Assembly: GCA_963756325.1 (NCBI GenBank)
Contig: CAVWNE010000011.1
Span: 25,893-89,892, forward strand
From: an uncultured Acidimicrobiaceae bacterium
GTDB taxonomy: Bacteria > Actinomycetota > Acidimicrobiia > Acidimicrobiales > RAAP-2
Direction of reading: 5' to 3'
Length of the DNA stretch: 64,000 nt
This document shows, piece after piece, positions 48,412 to 56,803 of the stretch. The stretch's first letter is position 1. Every line of letters begins with the position of its first letter. The notes below the pieces were generated by a model, which saw only the letters and a program-made list of their open reading frames with translations, had not been told where the DNA came from and ran no database searches. The translations under genes were made by a program, and so were the position numbers.

Positions 48412-49191
48412 ATGGCACTCCTGAGCGATAACCGTATCTTGGTCACAGGCGTCTTGACCGACGACTCACTGGCCTTTGGCATTGCCAAACGAGCTCTCGA
48501 AGAAGGTGCGACCATCGCACTGTCCGGGTTCGGCCGGGGCTTGTCCATCACCCGCCGCACCGCGAAGAAGTTGGGCGACGTCGGCGAGATTATTGAACTC
48601 GACGTCATGAACCCCGAGCAGATCGCCTCGGCCGTGGAGGAAGTGACCTCACGATTCGGACGCCTCGATGGTCTCGTCCACGCTATTGGCTACGCCCCAC
48701 CCAGTTGCCTGGGTTCGGGAATGTTCGCTGCCCCCTTTGAGGACGTGTCGACCGCCATGCACGCGTCGACGTATTCTCTCGCCGCACTCGTGGGCGCCTT
48801 TCGGCCGCTGCTCCAAAAGAGTGAGGCCCACGGCGGGGCGTCGGTCGTGGCGCTCGACTTCGACGGGACCCGGGCCTATCCCATGTACGACTGGATGGGT
48901 GTCATGAAGGCCGCCCTGGAATCGCTCGGACGTTACCTTGCGCGCGAAGTCGGACCTGACCGCATTCGGGTCAACATGCTGGCCGCGGGACCGGTGCGCA
49001 CCATGGCGGCCAAGTCGATTCCCGGCTTTTCCCTCTTTGAAGACACCTGGAGCGAGCGAGCGCCCCTCGGCTGGGACGTGCACGACGCCAGCGCCGTCGC
49101 CGACACAGCAGTTGCTTTGCTCTCCCCCCTTCTTCGTGCCACCACCGCTTCAGTCATACATGTTGACGGTGGCGCTCACGCCATGGGCTAG
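48412..49191 (+). CDS. inhA: NADH-dependent enoyl-ACP reductase (InhA-type FabI)
   Basis: Colinear by eye with M. tuberculosis InhA (RILVTGV.TD.S.AF.IA, LDG.VH.IG, Y.WM.V.K.ALES..R..ARE, AAGP.RT.A, GG.H). Confidence 0.9.
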   Translation: MALLSDNRILVTGVLTDDSLAFGIAKRALEEGATIALSGFGRGLSITRRTAKKLGDVGEIIELDVMNPEQIASAVEEVTSRFGRLDGLVHAIGYAPPSCLGSGMFAAPFEDVSTAMHASTYSLAALVGAFRPLLQKSEAHGGASVVALDFDGTRAYPMYDWMGVMKAALESLGRYLAREVGPDRIRVNMLAAGPVRTMAAKSIPGFSLFEDTWSERAPLGWDVHDASAVADTAVALLSPLLRATTASVIHVDGGAHAMG

Positions 49192-49520
49192 TCGAAAAGC
49201 TGAACCACCTTTTGAGCCGCCAGTCGATCAAACGCGTCCGGCCAATACTGCTGATACGTCGCTAACCACGGTGCCAAACCATCAGCGAGTGCTCGCCCGT
49301 TAATGAGGTAGAGCTGCTGACGACCTCGACGGGTCGCCACGACGAGGCCGGCGGCGCGCAAACTCATGAGGTGCTTCGATATCCCCGAAGTAACAAGCCT
49401 GGGAAACTCGGCCGCTAGCTCACTCACTGTTCGCGGGCCGCCATCGGCAAGCAGGTCAAGAATTCTTCGACGTGTGGGGTCCGCCAAAATCCGAAATAGT
49501 TCGTCGTTGGATGTCGCCAC
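49188..49520 (-). CDS. ArsR/SmtB-family HTH transcriptional regulator
   Basis: LADPTRRRILDLLADGGPRTVSELAAEF....SGISKHLMSLRAAGLV is a winged-HTH signature. Confidence 0.85.
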   Translation of the reverse strand: MATSNDELFRILADPTRRRILDLLADGGPRTVSELAAEFPRLVTSGISKHLMSLRAAGLVVATRRGRQQLYLINGRALADGLAPWLATYQQYWPDAFDRLAAQKVVQLFD

Positions 49521-49532
49521 CGAGTCTCCAAT

Positions 49533-49570
49533 GTCTTACCTTGTAGTAATACATTACCCTAGGGTAAGAC
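49533..49570. promoter_or_regulatory. nested palindromes upstream of the ArsR gene (candidate operator)
   Basis: Perfect 14-bp palindrome TTACCCTAGGGTAA (49554-49567) inside the 8-bp inverted repeat GTCTTACC (49533-49540) / GGTAAGAC (49563-49570). Lies in an AT-richer gap about 35 nt upstream of the arsR-family start. Confidence 0.5.
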
Positions 49571-49631
49571 GATGCGAATGTCAAGGATTTCAAGCCGTTT
49601 TTGGAAAGTCGAATGGTCTAAACAGCTGGAC

Positions 49632-51524
49632 TCAGTCCTCTTGACCGCCGAATTGGGTCTCGTAGAGGTCTCGATAGAGACCCTCCTGCGCATGAAGTTC
49701 GATGTGAGTACCGCGCTGCACGATTCGACCGGCGTCCACGACAAGGATCTGATTGGCGTTGCGAATCGTGGAAAGTCGGTGCGCGATCACGACGGAGGTG
49801 CGGTCTTTCATCGTCTCGTCCAGCGCTCGCTGAACGGCCGCTTCACTCTCGGCGTCCAGATGGGCCGTCGCTTCATCGAGGACCACCAGGTGCGGCGCTT
49901 TGAGTAGCAGTCGAGCGAGGGCGACTCGCTGCTTCTCGCCGCCCGAGAGTCGATATCCCCGCTCCCCCACCACGGTCGAGAGACCAAGGGGCAGTGACGC
50001 CACGAGCTCGGCGATCTGAGCAGAAGCGAGTGCGGTCGCAATCTCCGCCTCCGTGGCGTCGGGTTTCGCGAAGACGAGGTTTGCCCGAAGGGTGTCGTGA
50101 AAGAGGTGGGCGTCCTGGGTGACCACACCCACGGTGGCATTGAGCGATCGCGTCGACGCGTCGCGCAGATCAACCCCATTGATCGTGACGGAGCCGCTAT
50201 CTACGTCATAGAGCCGAGACACCAACATCGATATCGTGGTTTTTCCCGCTCCGCTGGGACCTACCAAGGCCGTCATGGTGCCGGGCTTCACCTCAAAACT
50301 CACATCGTGCAACACCGCTGTCCGCGGGGTGTCATCCAGACGCGCCACCGCTTCCAGTGAGGCCAGCGACACGTCCTCTGCCCCGGGGTAAGAAAAATTG
50401 ACATGGTTGAATCGCAAATCCGCGGGACCGGGCGGAATGGTTACAGGGTTCGGCTTCTCTTGAATCATCGGAGCGAGGTCCAACACTTCGAAGAGACGTT
50501 CGAAACTCACCATCGCGGACATGTAGTCAATATTGAGGCTCGACAGTTGCGTCAAGGGACCATAGAGCCGGCCGAGGTAGGCCGTGAGGGCCACCACGGT
50601 ACCGATCATGATCACGCCGTGGGCCGCCTCGACGCCCCCGTATCCGTAGGCAAACGCAGTGGCCAGCGACGCGGTCAGGGTGAGAGAGATGAAGAAGAAG
50701 CGCTGATAGGTGGCCTGATGAACCCCGATATCGCGCACCTGGCGAGCGCGATCGTCGAAGTTCTGGCGCTCTTCGCTGGGGCGCCCAAAGAGCTTGACCA
50801 GCATCGCACCGGCGACATTGAACCGCTCGGACATCACCATGTTCATCTCGGCGTTCAGCTCCATCCCCCGTTGGAACAACGTCCCTAACCGTCGCCCCAC
50901 GCGCCGGGCGGGAATCAGGAATACCGGCACGAGGATGAGCGCGACCAGAGTGATCTGCCAACTCAGTATGAACATGACCACGAGAACAATGACCACCAGT
51001 ACCAGGTTGCCCACGACGTTGGAAAAGAGATCAGTGAAGGCCTGTTGGGCCCCGACCACGTCATTGTTCAGGCGGCTGATCAACGCTCCGGTCTGGGTGC
51101 GCGAGAAGAACGCGATGGGCATCTCTTGAATATGGCGAAAGACTTCGACACGTAGGTCATAGATCAGTCCCTCGCCAATGATCGCAGAAACTCTTCGTTC
51201 GAACATTTGCAGGCCCGCGTCGGCGATCGCCAGTGCCGCCGTGATGGATGCCAACTCGACCACGAGGCCGGCTCGGTGCTGGGGAATACCAATGTCGATA
51301 ATCGCTCGCAGCAGTAAAGGCGAGACCGAAGAGATAATGGCGTCCAAGACGACCACGCTCAAAAAGAAAATCAGCGCCGGACGGTAGTGCCGGGCGAACT
51401 TCAATATCCGGGGCAAGGTGCCCTTTTTTATCTGGTGCTCGAGAATCTTGCGATCGCGAGAGAGCGAGCGCAGACCCAATCGTCCAGCGCCACCCATACC
51501 CCCTCCACGCATGCTCATCGGCAC
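49632..51524 (-). CDS. ABC exporter, fused permease/ATPase (MsbA/MdlB-like)
   Basis: Six-TM N-domain, Walker A GPSGAGKTT, signature LSGGEKQR, Walker B VVLDEATAHLD. Confidence 0.9.
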   Translation of the reverse strand: MPMSMRGGGMGGAGRLGLRSLSRDRKILEHQIKKGTLPRILKFARHYRPALIFFLSVVVLDAIISSVSPLLLRAIIDIGIPQHRAGLVVELASITAALAIADAGLQMFERRVSAIIGEGLIYDLRVEVFRHIQEMPIAFFSRTQTGALISRLNNDVVGAQQAFTDLFSNVVGNLVLVVIVLVVMFILSWQITLVALILVPVFLIPARRVGRRLGTLFQRGMELNAEMNMVMSERFNVAGAMLVKLFGRPSEERQNFDDRARQVRDIGVHQATYQRFFFISLTLTASLATAFAYGYGGVEAAHGVIMIGTVVALTAYLGRLYGPLTQLSSLNIDYMSAMVSFERLFEVLDLAPMIQEKPNPVTIPPGPADLRFNHVNFSYPGAEDVSLASLEAVARLDDTPRTAVLHDVSFEVKPGTMTALVGPSGAGKTTISMLVSRLYDVDSGSVTINGVDLRDASTRSLNATVGVVTQDAHLFHDTLRANLVFAKPDATEAEIATALASAQIAELVASLPLGLSTVVGERGYRLSGGEKQRVALARLLLKAPHLVVLDEATAHLDAESEAAVQRALDETMKDRTSVVIAHRLSTIRNANQILVVDAGRIVQRGTHIELHAQEGLYRDLYETQFGGQED

Positions 51525-51592
51525 CCTTTCGACTCAGGCAGTGTAGGAAGTGACCCGCGAGGGACAATCATCGTCGTCGAGCGAGCGCTGCC

Positions 51593-52234
51593 CTACGAGG
51601 TCAGTGCGCTCACCATGATGATGGCCCCCAGAGTCATCATCACGCAGGCGCCCACGGTGCGCAGCACGACCAGTCGATTCGGGGACCCGGAGAGCCACTC
51701 ACGGGCCGTCCCCGCGATGATGCCCCACGTGGAATCGCTGCAAAAAGCGAGGACGCTGAAGATGAGTCCGAGGATGAGCAGTTGAACGGTCACATTACCC
51801 TTCGTGCGATTGACGAAGTGTGGAAACACCGCGGCGAAGAAGACCAACGACTTTGGGTTCAAGATGCCCACTACGTAACCTTGGCGAACAATGCGCACGT
51901 TGTTCGGACGTCGCGACTCCCGTTCGGTCATAGCCTTCGCGTGTTCCTGGCGATGGCGCAGAGCTCCGATGCCGAGCCACAAGAGATAGCCGCCCCCGAT
52001 CAACTGCAGGGCAATGGTGAGGGTTTTTGAGTGCGAGAGAAGGGGGCCGAGACCCACCGCCACGATCACCGACAGCGTCAGGGTTCCCAGGCTATTTCCG
52101 AGAACCGTGAGCACGGCCACCGCGCGTCCCCAGGCCACGCCCCGGGCCAAAGTAAAGAGCACGCTAGGCCCGGGCACAATGATGATGATGATCGAGGCCA
52201 CCAGAAACGTGACGAGTTGGCCGCCGCTAATCAC
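51593..52234 (-). CDS. LysE/RhtB-family amino-acid translocator
   Basis: ...FLVASIIIIIVPGPSVLFTLARG... family N-terminal motif. GTG at 52234 gives the typical length of about 213 aa. The track start at 52345 adds a non-homologous extension. Confidence 0.75.
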   Translation of the reverse strand: MISGGQLVTFLVASIIIIIVPGPSVLFTLARGVAWGRAVAVLTVLGNSLGTLTLSVIVAVGLGPLLSHSKTLTIALQLIGGGYLLWLGIGALRHRQEHAKAMTERESRRPNNVRIVRQGYVVGILNPKSLVFFAAVFPHFVNRTKGNVTVQLLILGLIFSVLAFCSDSTWGIIAGTAREWLSGSPNRLVVLRTVGACVMMTLGAIIMVSALTS

Positions 52235-52364
52235 ACGTTTTCTCTCGCCGGCAAGTTGTCGTTGGCGGTCGAACGACTGACCTGTCTCGCGTCGCACATA
52301 GTTCGGGTCAACGTTAACGGAGTCACGTACCGTGCCCGAATGCAAATCACCCTAACTTGAGTGA

Positions 52365-53542
52365 GTGAGTCCGCGACACGCACCATTTCCTTCGCAGTTC
52401 TCGTGGGGGACGTCGACCTCGGCCTATCAAATGAAGGCGGCAACGACAATACCGACTGGTACCGCTTCGAACGTGCACCGGGCACCTCAGCAGTGGAGGT
52501 CTGCGGTGACGCCTGTGACTCCTGGCATCGTTACGAGGAGGATTTAGACATCCTCGTCTCGCTGGGGCCTCAACTCCTTTCGGCTCTCGGTGGAGTGGGC
52601 TCGCATTGAGCCAGAGCAAGGGGTCGTCTGCGAAGAAGCCCTCGCCCATTATCGCCACCTTCTCCAGTCGTGTCACGAACGGGCAATCACGCCGGTCGTC
52701 ACGCTGCATCACTTCACGCTGCCTCTGTGGGTCGCCGACCAGGGTGGATTCGAAAGTCCGGACATCGTTACCTGGATGGGCAACTACGCCCGAGTGGTGA
52801 GTCAGTCGCTCGGCGAGCTCATCGGCGTCGCGTGCACCATCAACGAGCCCAACATCGTGGCGATCATGGGTTATCTTACGGGGAACTTTGCCCCACAGGT
52901 GAAAAACTGGGCGCGCTTCGTCGCAGTCAATGAGATCATGCGCAGATGTCACGACGCGATGCGCGACTCACTGGCCGATGGTCCGGGAGGCTTTCTCATC
53001 GGCCTTCCTCTCTCAATGCAGGAGTACGAAGCTGTTCCGGGTTATGAAGTGCGACTCGAGAGCTTCCGCGCCGAGATGGAAGACAAGTACTTGCTCTCTC
53101 GCGAGGGCGACGATTACATCGGCGTTCAGTGCTACACCAAGCTCACTCTCGGACCGGACGGCATCGTAAGAGATCCCGAGGGCGAGACGATCGATATGGG
53201 GTACCGCTTTTGGCCTCAGTGCGTCGAGTACACCGTGAAGCGCGTCGGCTCTCATCGGACTTCCGGTCATTGTGACCGAAAATGGCATCGGTACCGCCGA
53301 CGACCACCAGCGCATTCGCTATCTCAACGGCGCCCTGCAAGGGCTACGTCACCTCCTCGACGACGGGTACGACGATTCGCGGCTATTTTCAGTGGTCCTT
53401 GCTCGACAATTTTGAATGGACACTCGGTTATCGTCCGAAGTTCGGCATGGTCGCGGTGGATCGAATCACCTTTGAACGCACGAAAAAACCCTCGGCGGAA
53501 TGGTTTGCGCAAAGCGTTCGTAATTTCTTTACAACTACGTGA
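52365..53542 (+). pseudogene. GH1 beta-glucosidase disrupted by four single-nucleotide frameshifts
   Basis: GH1 sequence is readable only by hopping frames. Order: FSWGTSTSAYQ (frame of 52365), EGGNDNTDWYRF...WHRYEEDLDILVSLG (frame of 52361), LNSFRLSVEWARIEP...TINEPN... (frame of 52590), LIGLPVIVTENGIG...LLDDGYD (third frame), RGYFQWSLLDNFEWTLGY...KPSAEW (frame of 53282). Confidence 0.8.
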
Positions 53543-53653
53543 CACCTGTGTAAAGCAAGCAAGCCGCGTCAATAACGCACCTACGATTAATGCAGGCGAG
53601 TACGTCGATGCAACCCAGCATCACTACCTCGTCAAAAGCACGGGAGGTGCGTG

Positions 53654-54259
53654 ATGCGACATCACACTTTTCTCCTACAAGGAAAGTTCACTACCAAGAT
53701 TGTGGCCCTGAGTGGGGCATTACTCCTCATCGCAGGCCTTTTTGTGTGGAGTGTCGCCGCTAAGCCCACGCTCTCCTCGGCGGCCGTCGCGCCCGCATGC
53801 ACGACGGCCAACCTCGACGTGTGGTTGAACACGGCGGGCAACGGCGCGGCTGGTAGCTCGTATTACAACCTCAATCTCACCAACCTTTCGTCACACTCCT
53901 GCACACTCATCGGTTACCCCGGCGTGTCGGCGATTACTCAAGCCGGCATTCAGCTCGGTAGCGCGGCGGGACGCGACGCGCAACACGCGAGCACGCGGGT
54001 CACGTTGGTGAGCGCGCGTACTGCGAAGGGTTTCGAATCATCAACCACGCGCAACACGGCGACCGTCATTCTGCAGATCACCGTCGCGGAGAACTTTCCC
54101 ACCGCCAGGTGTTCGCCGATCACCGCGTCAGGTCTTCGTGTCTATCCGCCCAGTCAAAAAGAGTCGACCGTCGTGCCCTTCCCTTTTGTCGCGTGCGCGA
54201 AGGCCGGGCCCCAGTTTCTTCGCGTGGAAGCGGTTCAGCACTACATCGCCACGCAATGA
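53654..54259 (+). CDS. exported DUF4232-domain protein
   Basis: N-terminal TM/signal, then CTTANLDVWLN...GAAGSSYYNLNLTNLSSHSCTLIGYPGVS, the DUF4232 pattern. GGGAGG lies 6 nt upstream of ATG 53654. Confidence 0.7.
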   Translation: MRHHTFLLQGKFTTKIVALSGALLLIAGLFVWSVAAKPTLSSAAVAPACTTANLDVWLNTAGNGAAGSSYYNLNLTNLSSHSCTLIGYPGVSAITQAGIQLGSAAGRDAQHASTRVTLVSARTAKGFESSTTRNTATVILQITVAENFPTARCSPITASGLRVYPPSQKESTVVPFPFVACAKAGPQFLRVEAVQHYIATQ

Positions 54260-54260
54260 G

Positions 54261-54308
54261 TTGACCTGATCACACTCGAGTGATACGGTTCACTAGTCTC
54301 CTAGTGAA
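54261..54308 (+). promoter_or_regulatory. candidate sigma-70-type promoter with two palindromic operators for the GntR/ABC operon
   Basis: TTGACC (54261-54266), 17-nt spacer, TACGGT (54284-54289). The spacer contains the perfect palindrome CACTCGAGTG (54273-54282). Inverted repeat TTCACTAG-tctc-CTAGTGAA (54289-54308) follows, just before the RBS and ATG at 54320. Confidence 0.5.
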
Positions 54309-54319
54309 CTAGAGGTATC

Positions 54320-54712
54320 ATGATTGAGTTCTATATCGACAGCCATTCTGGCGTGCCGCCCTATCTCCAGTTGAGTCAGCAGGTTCGACGGGCGCTCAAG
54401 CTCGGACTCCTTGAGCAGGGTGACCAACTCCCGACCGTGAAAGAAGTCGTCGCTCGACTGGCCATCAACCCGAACACGGTGTCCAAGGCCTACCGTGAAC
54501 TCGAGCACGAAGGTCTGGTGGCCGCCCGTGTCGGCGTGGGTACCTTCGTCGCCAAATCTCTGAGCGACTCGTCTCTCGCGGCGCACGGTCCTCTGCGCCA
54601 CGACTTCGAGCAGTGGCTACTCGCCGCTCGCGGCGCCGGGCTCGACGATGAGAGCATTGACGCGCTGATACGAGAGTGCTTTCGATCCTCCTCGGGGGCG
54701 GTCCTAAGTTGA
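54320..54712 (+). CDS. GntR-family transcriptional regulator, short YtrA-like subfamily
   Basis: PPYLQLSQQVRRALKLGLL.QGDQLPTVKEVVARLAINPNTVSKAYRELE.EGLV winged HTH with a short C-terminal domain (130 aa). Confidence 0.85.
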   Translation: MIEFYIDSHSGVPPYLQLSQQVRRALKLGLLEQGDQLPTVKEVVARLAINPNTVSKAYRELEHEGLVAARVGVGTFVAKSLSDSSLAAHGPLRHDFEQWLLAARGAGLDDESIDALIRECFRSSSGAVLS

Positions 54713-55596
54713 CGTCCGTCCTTGCCACCGAGGCACTCACCAAGCGCTACCGCGGCAAGACCGCACTCAACGACTGCACTCTCCAGCTTCCCGAAGGCCG
54801 CGTGGTCGGCCTCGTCGGTCCCAACGGTTCCGGCAAGACCACCCTCTTGAACCTCGCGGCCGGACTCCTCTCCCCCACTTCCGGCTCTCTTACGGTGCTG
54901 AGCGAGGCGCCCAGCGACAATCCCGCGCACCTCGAGCGCGTGAGTTTTGTCGCACAAGACACCCCCGTCTATTCGACACTGAGTGTGGAGGATCACGTAA
55001 GTTACGGCGCCCACGTCAACCCCCGCTGGGACCGAGCCCTCGCGCAACGACGTATCGAGGATCTCGGACTCGATCCGCGACAGCGGGCGGGAAAACTGAG
55101 CGGCGGACAACGAAGCCAACTCGCCCTCACGCTCGCCATCGCGAAGCGTCCCGAGTTCCTAATACTTGACGAGCCCGTGGCCGCCCTTGATCCCCTGGCT
55201 CGACGCGAGTTCCTCCAAATTCTCATGGAGACGGTGGCCGATCAACACGTCAGCGTCGTGCTCTCCTCTCATCTGGTGGCCGACGTCGAGCGAGTCTGCG
55301 ACTACTTGGTGATACTCGTCTCCTCGCGTGTGCAGATCGCCGGTGACGTCGATGATTTACTCGCGACCCACCATCGACTGATTGGTCCGCGCGACGCCGA
55401 CACTCCGACGGGACAAGTCGTCGTCGAGTCCAGCTACACCGACCGACAAAGCATGCTAATTGTGCGCTCCGACGGGCCCGTTGGCGATCCCGGCTGGGTG
55501 GTTGAGGCCATCAGCCTCGAAGATCTCGTTCTTGCCTACATGAGTCAGGGACGTCGCCTTGACCGCGGCGCATCGACTGAATCGAACGACTCATGA
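54709..55596 (+). CDS. ABC transporter ATP-binding protein
   Basis: Walker A GPNGSGKTT, LSGGQRSQ, Walker B LILDEPVAALD. TTG at 54709 overlaps the GntR stop (TTGA); the track start at 54676 is also possible. Confidence 0.85.
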   Translation: MTSVLATEALTKRYRGKTALNDCTLQLPEGRVVGLVGPNGSGKTTLLNLAAGLLSPTSGSLTVLSEAPSDNPAHLERVSFVAQDTPVYSTLSVEDHVSYGAHVNPRWDRALAQRRIEDLGLDPRQRAGKLSGGQRSQLALTLAIAKRPEFLILDEPVAALDPLARREFLQILMETVADQHVSVVLSSHLVADVERVCDYLVILVSSRVQIAGDVDDLLATHHRLIGPRDADTPTGQVVVESSYTDRQSMLIVRSDGPVGDPGWVVEAISLEDLVLAYMSQGRRLDRGASTESNDS

Positions 55597-56684
55597 CCTG
55601 GTTCGCGTGGCGCCAGTTCCGCTTGCAGGCGATCGTCGCAGCGATCATCCTCATCGTCCTGGCGGTTGTATTTGGGATCACTGGACTGCACCTGTATCAC
55701 CAGTACGACACGGTGGTGAAGCACTGCGCGTCGCACGCCGACTGTGGCTCCGTGATATCGGCGTTTCAAAGCTCCAATCATCTGCTTCAGCACTTCATAC
55801 AAGCGGGCGGCATACTGTTGCCCGCCCTCTTGGGAGCGTTCTGGGGCGCACCCTTAGTGGCGCGTGAGTTCGAGTCAGGAACCTTTCGCCTGGCCTGGAC
55901 GCAGAGCGTGTCGCGCACGACGTGGCTCATGGGCAAATTCGCCGTCGTGGCACTCGCCGCGGTCGTGACCGACGCGCTTTTCACCGCGATGGCGACCTGG
56001 TGGGCGAGGCCCTTCGATCACCTGAACAACTCGCCATTTAGCGGGTTCGATACTCGCGACATCGTGCCCATTGGTTACGCACTATTTGCGGTCACGCTCG
56101 GCGTAGCGATCGGTCTTCTAATACGACGCACGGTGCCGGCGATGGCCCTCACCTTCGCCGCATTCGCGACGCTACGAATTCTCTTTACGGATTACGTGCG
56201 GCCCCGTTTCGCGACTCCCCTGCGATACAAGAGTGCCTTCAATGCGCCGTTCCAGAGTTCCGGTGGGGGCGCCCCTTCGGCGATCGCGAAAGCTGGCCCG
56301 GGGGCAAACGCCTGGGTTCTCACCAATACCACCCTGAGTCGGACGGGGAAGATCATTGGACAAAACGGCGGTATCGGACCCAACGGGGAGTTCAACGTGA
56401 CGTCTATCGGCTCCCACCACGACGCCCTCGGCGGAGTGGGAACATGCCCCAATAGGTTCCCGTCGCCACCCGCCCACTTGGTGGGGCAGCGCATCAGCAT
56501 TGGCCCCGACCCAGCCATGACGAAGGCGATAGAGACCTGTATCAACTCATTTCACTTACAGTCGCTCTACACGTACCAGCCAGCTAGCCGGTTTTGGACG
56601 TTTCAGTGGTACGAGATGGGTTCCTACGTGGTTCTGTCGGCCGTACTCGCTTCGCTCAGCGTGTGGTGGGTTCGTCGTCGTTAA
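55593..56684 (+). CDS. ABC-2-type transporter permease with large extracytoplasmic loop
   Basis: ATGA overlap with the ATPase gene. Multiple TM segments (N-terminal TM, EFESGTFRLAWTQSVSR motif typical of ABC-2 permeases, C-terminal TM). Confidence 0.7.
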   Translation: MTWFAWRQFRLQAIVAAIILIVLAVVFGITGLHLYHQYDTVVKHCASHADCGSVISAFQSSNHLLQHFIQAGGILLPALLGAFWGAPLVAREFESGTFRLAWTQSVSRTTWLMGKFAVVALAAVVTDALFTAMATWWARPFDHLNNSPFSGFDTRDIVPIGYALFAVTLGVAIGLLIRRTVPAMALTFAAFATLRILFTDYVRPRFATPLRYKSAFNAPFQSSGGGAPSAIAKAGPGANAWVLTNTTLSRTGKIIGQNGGIGPNGEFNVTSIGSHHDALGGVGTCPNRFPSPPAHLVGQRISIGPDPAMTKAIETCINSFHLQSLYTYQPASRFWTFQWYEMGSYVVLSAVLASLSVWWVRRR

Positions 56685-56803
56685 GACCGCGAAGTTGTGC
56701 GTTCGCGCTGATGGCGACGAGTTCGCTGTTCGAGGACACGACATAGCGTTAATGACTTCGTCAGGTACCAAGAGTTTTCACGTTCGCCCGGTAGAATTGT
56801 TCG

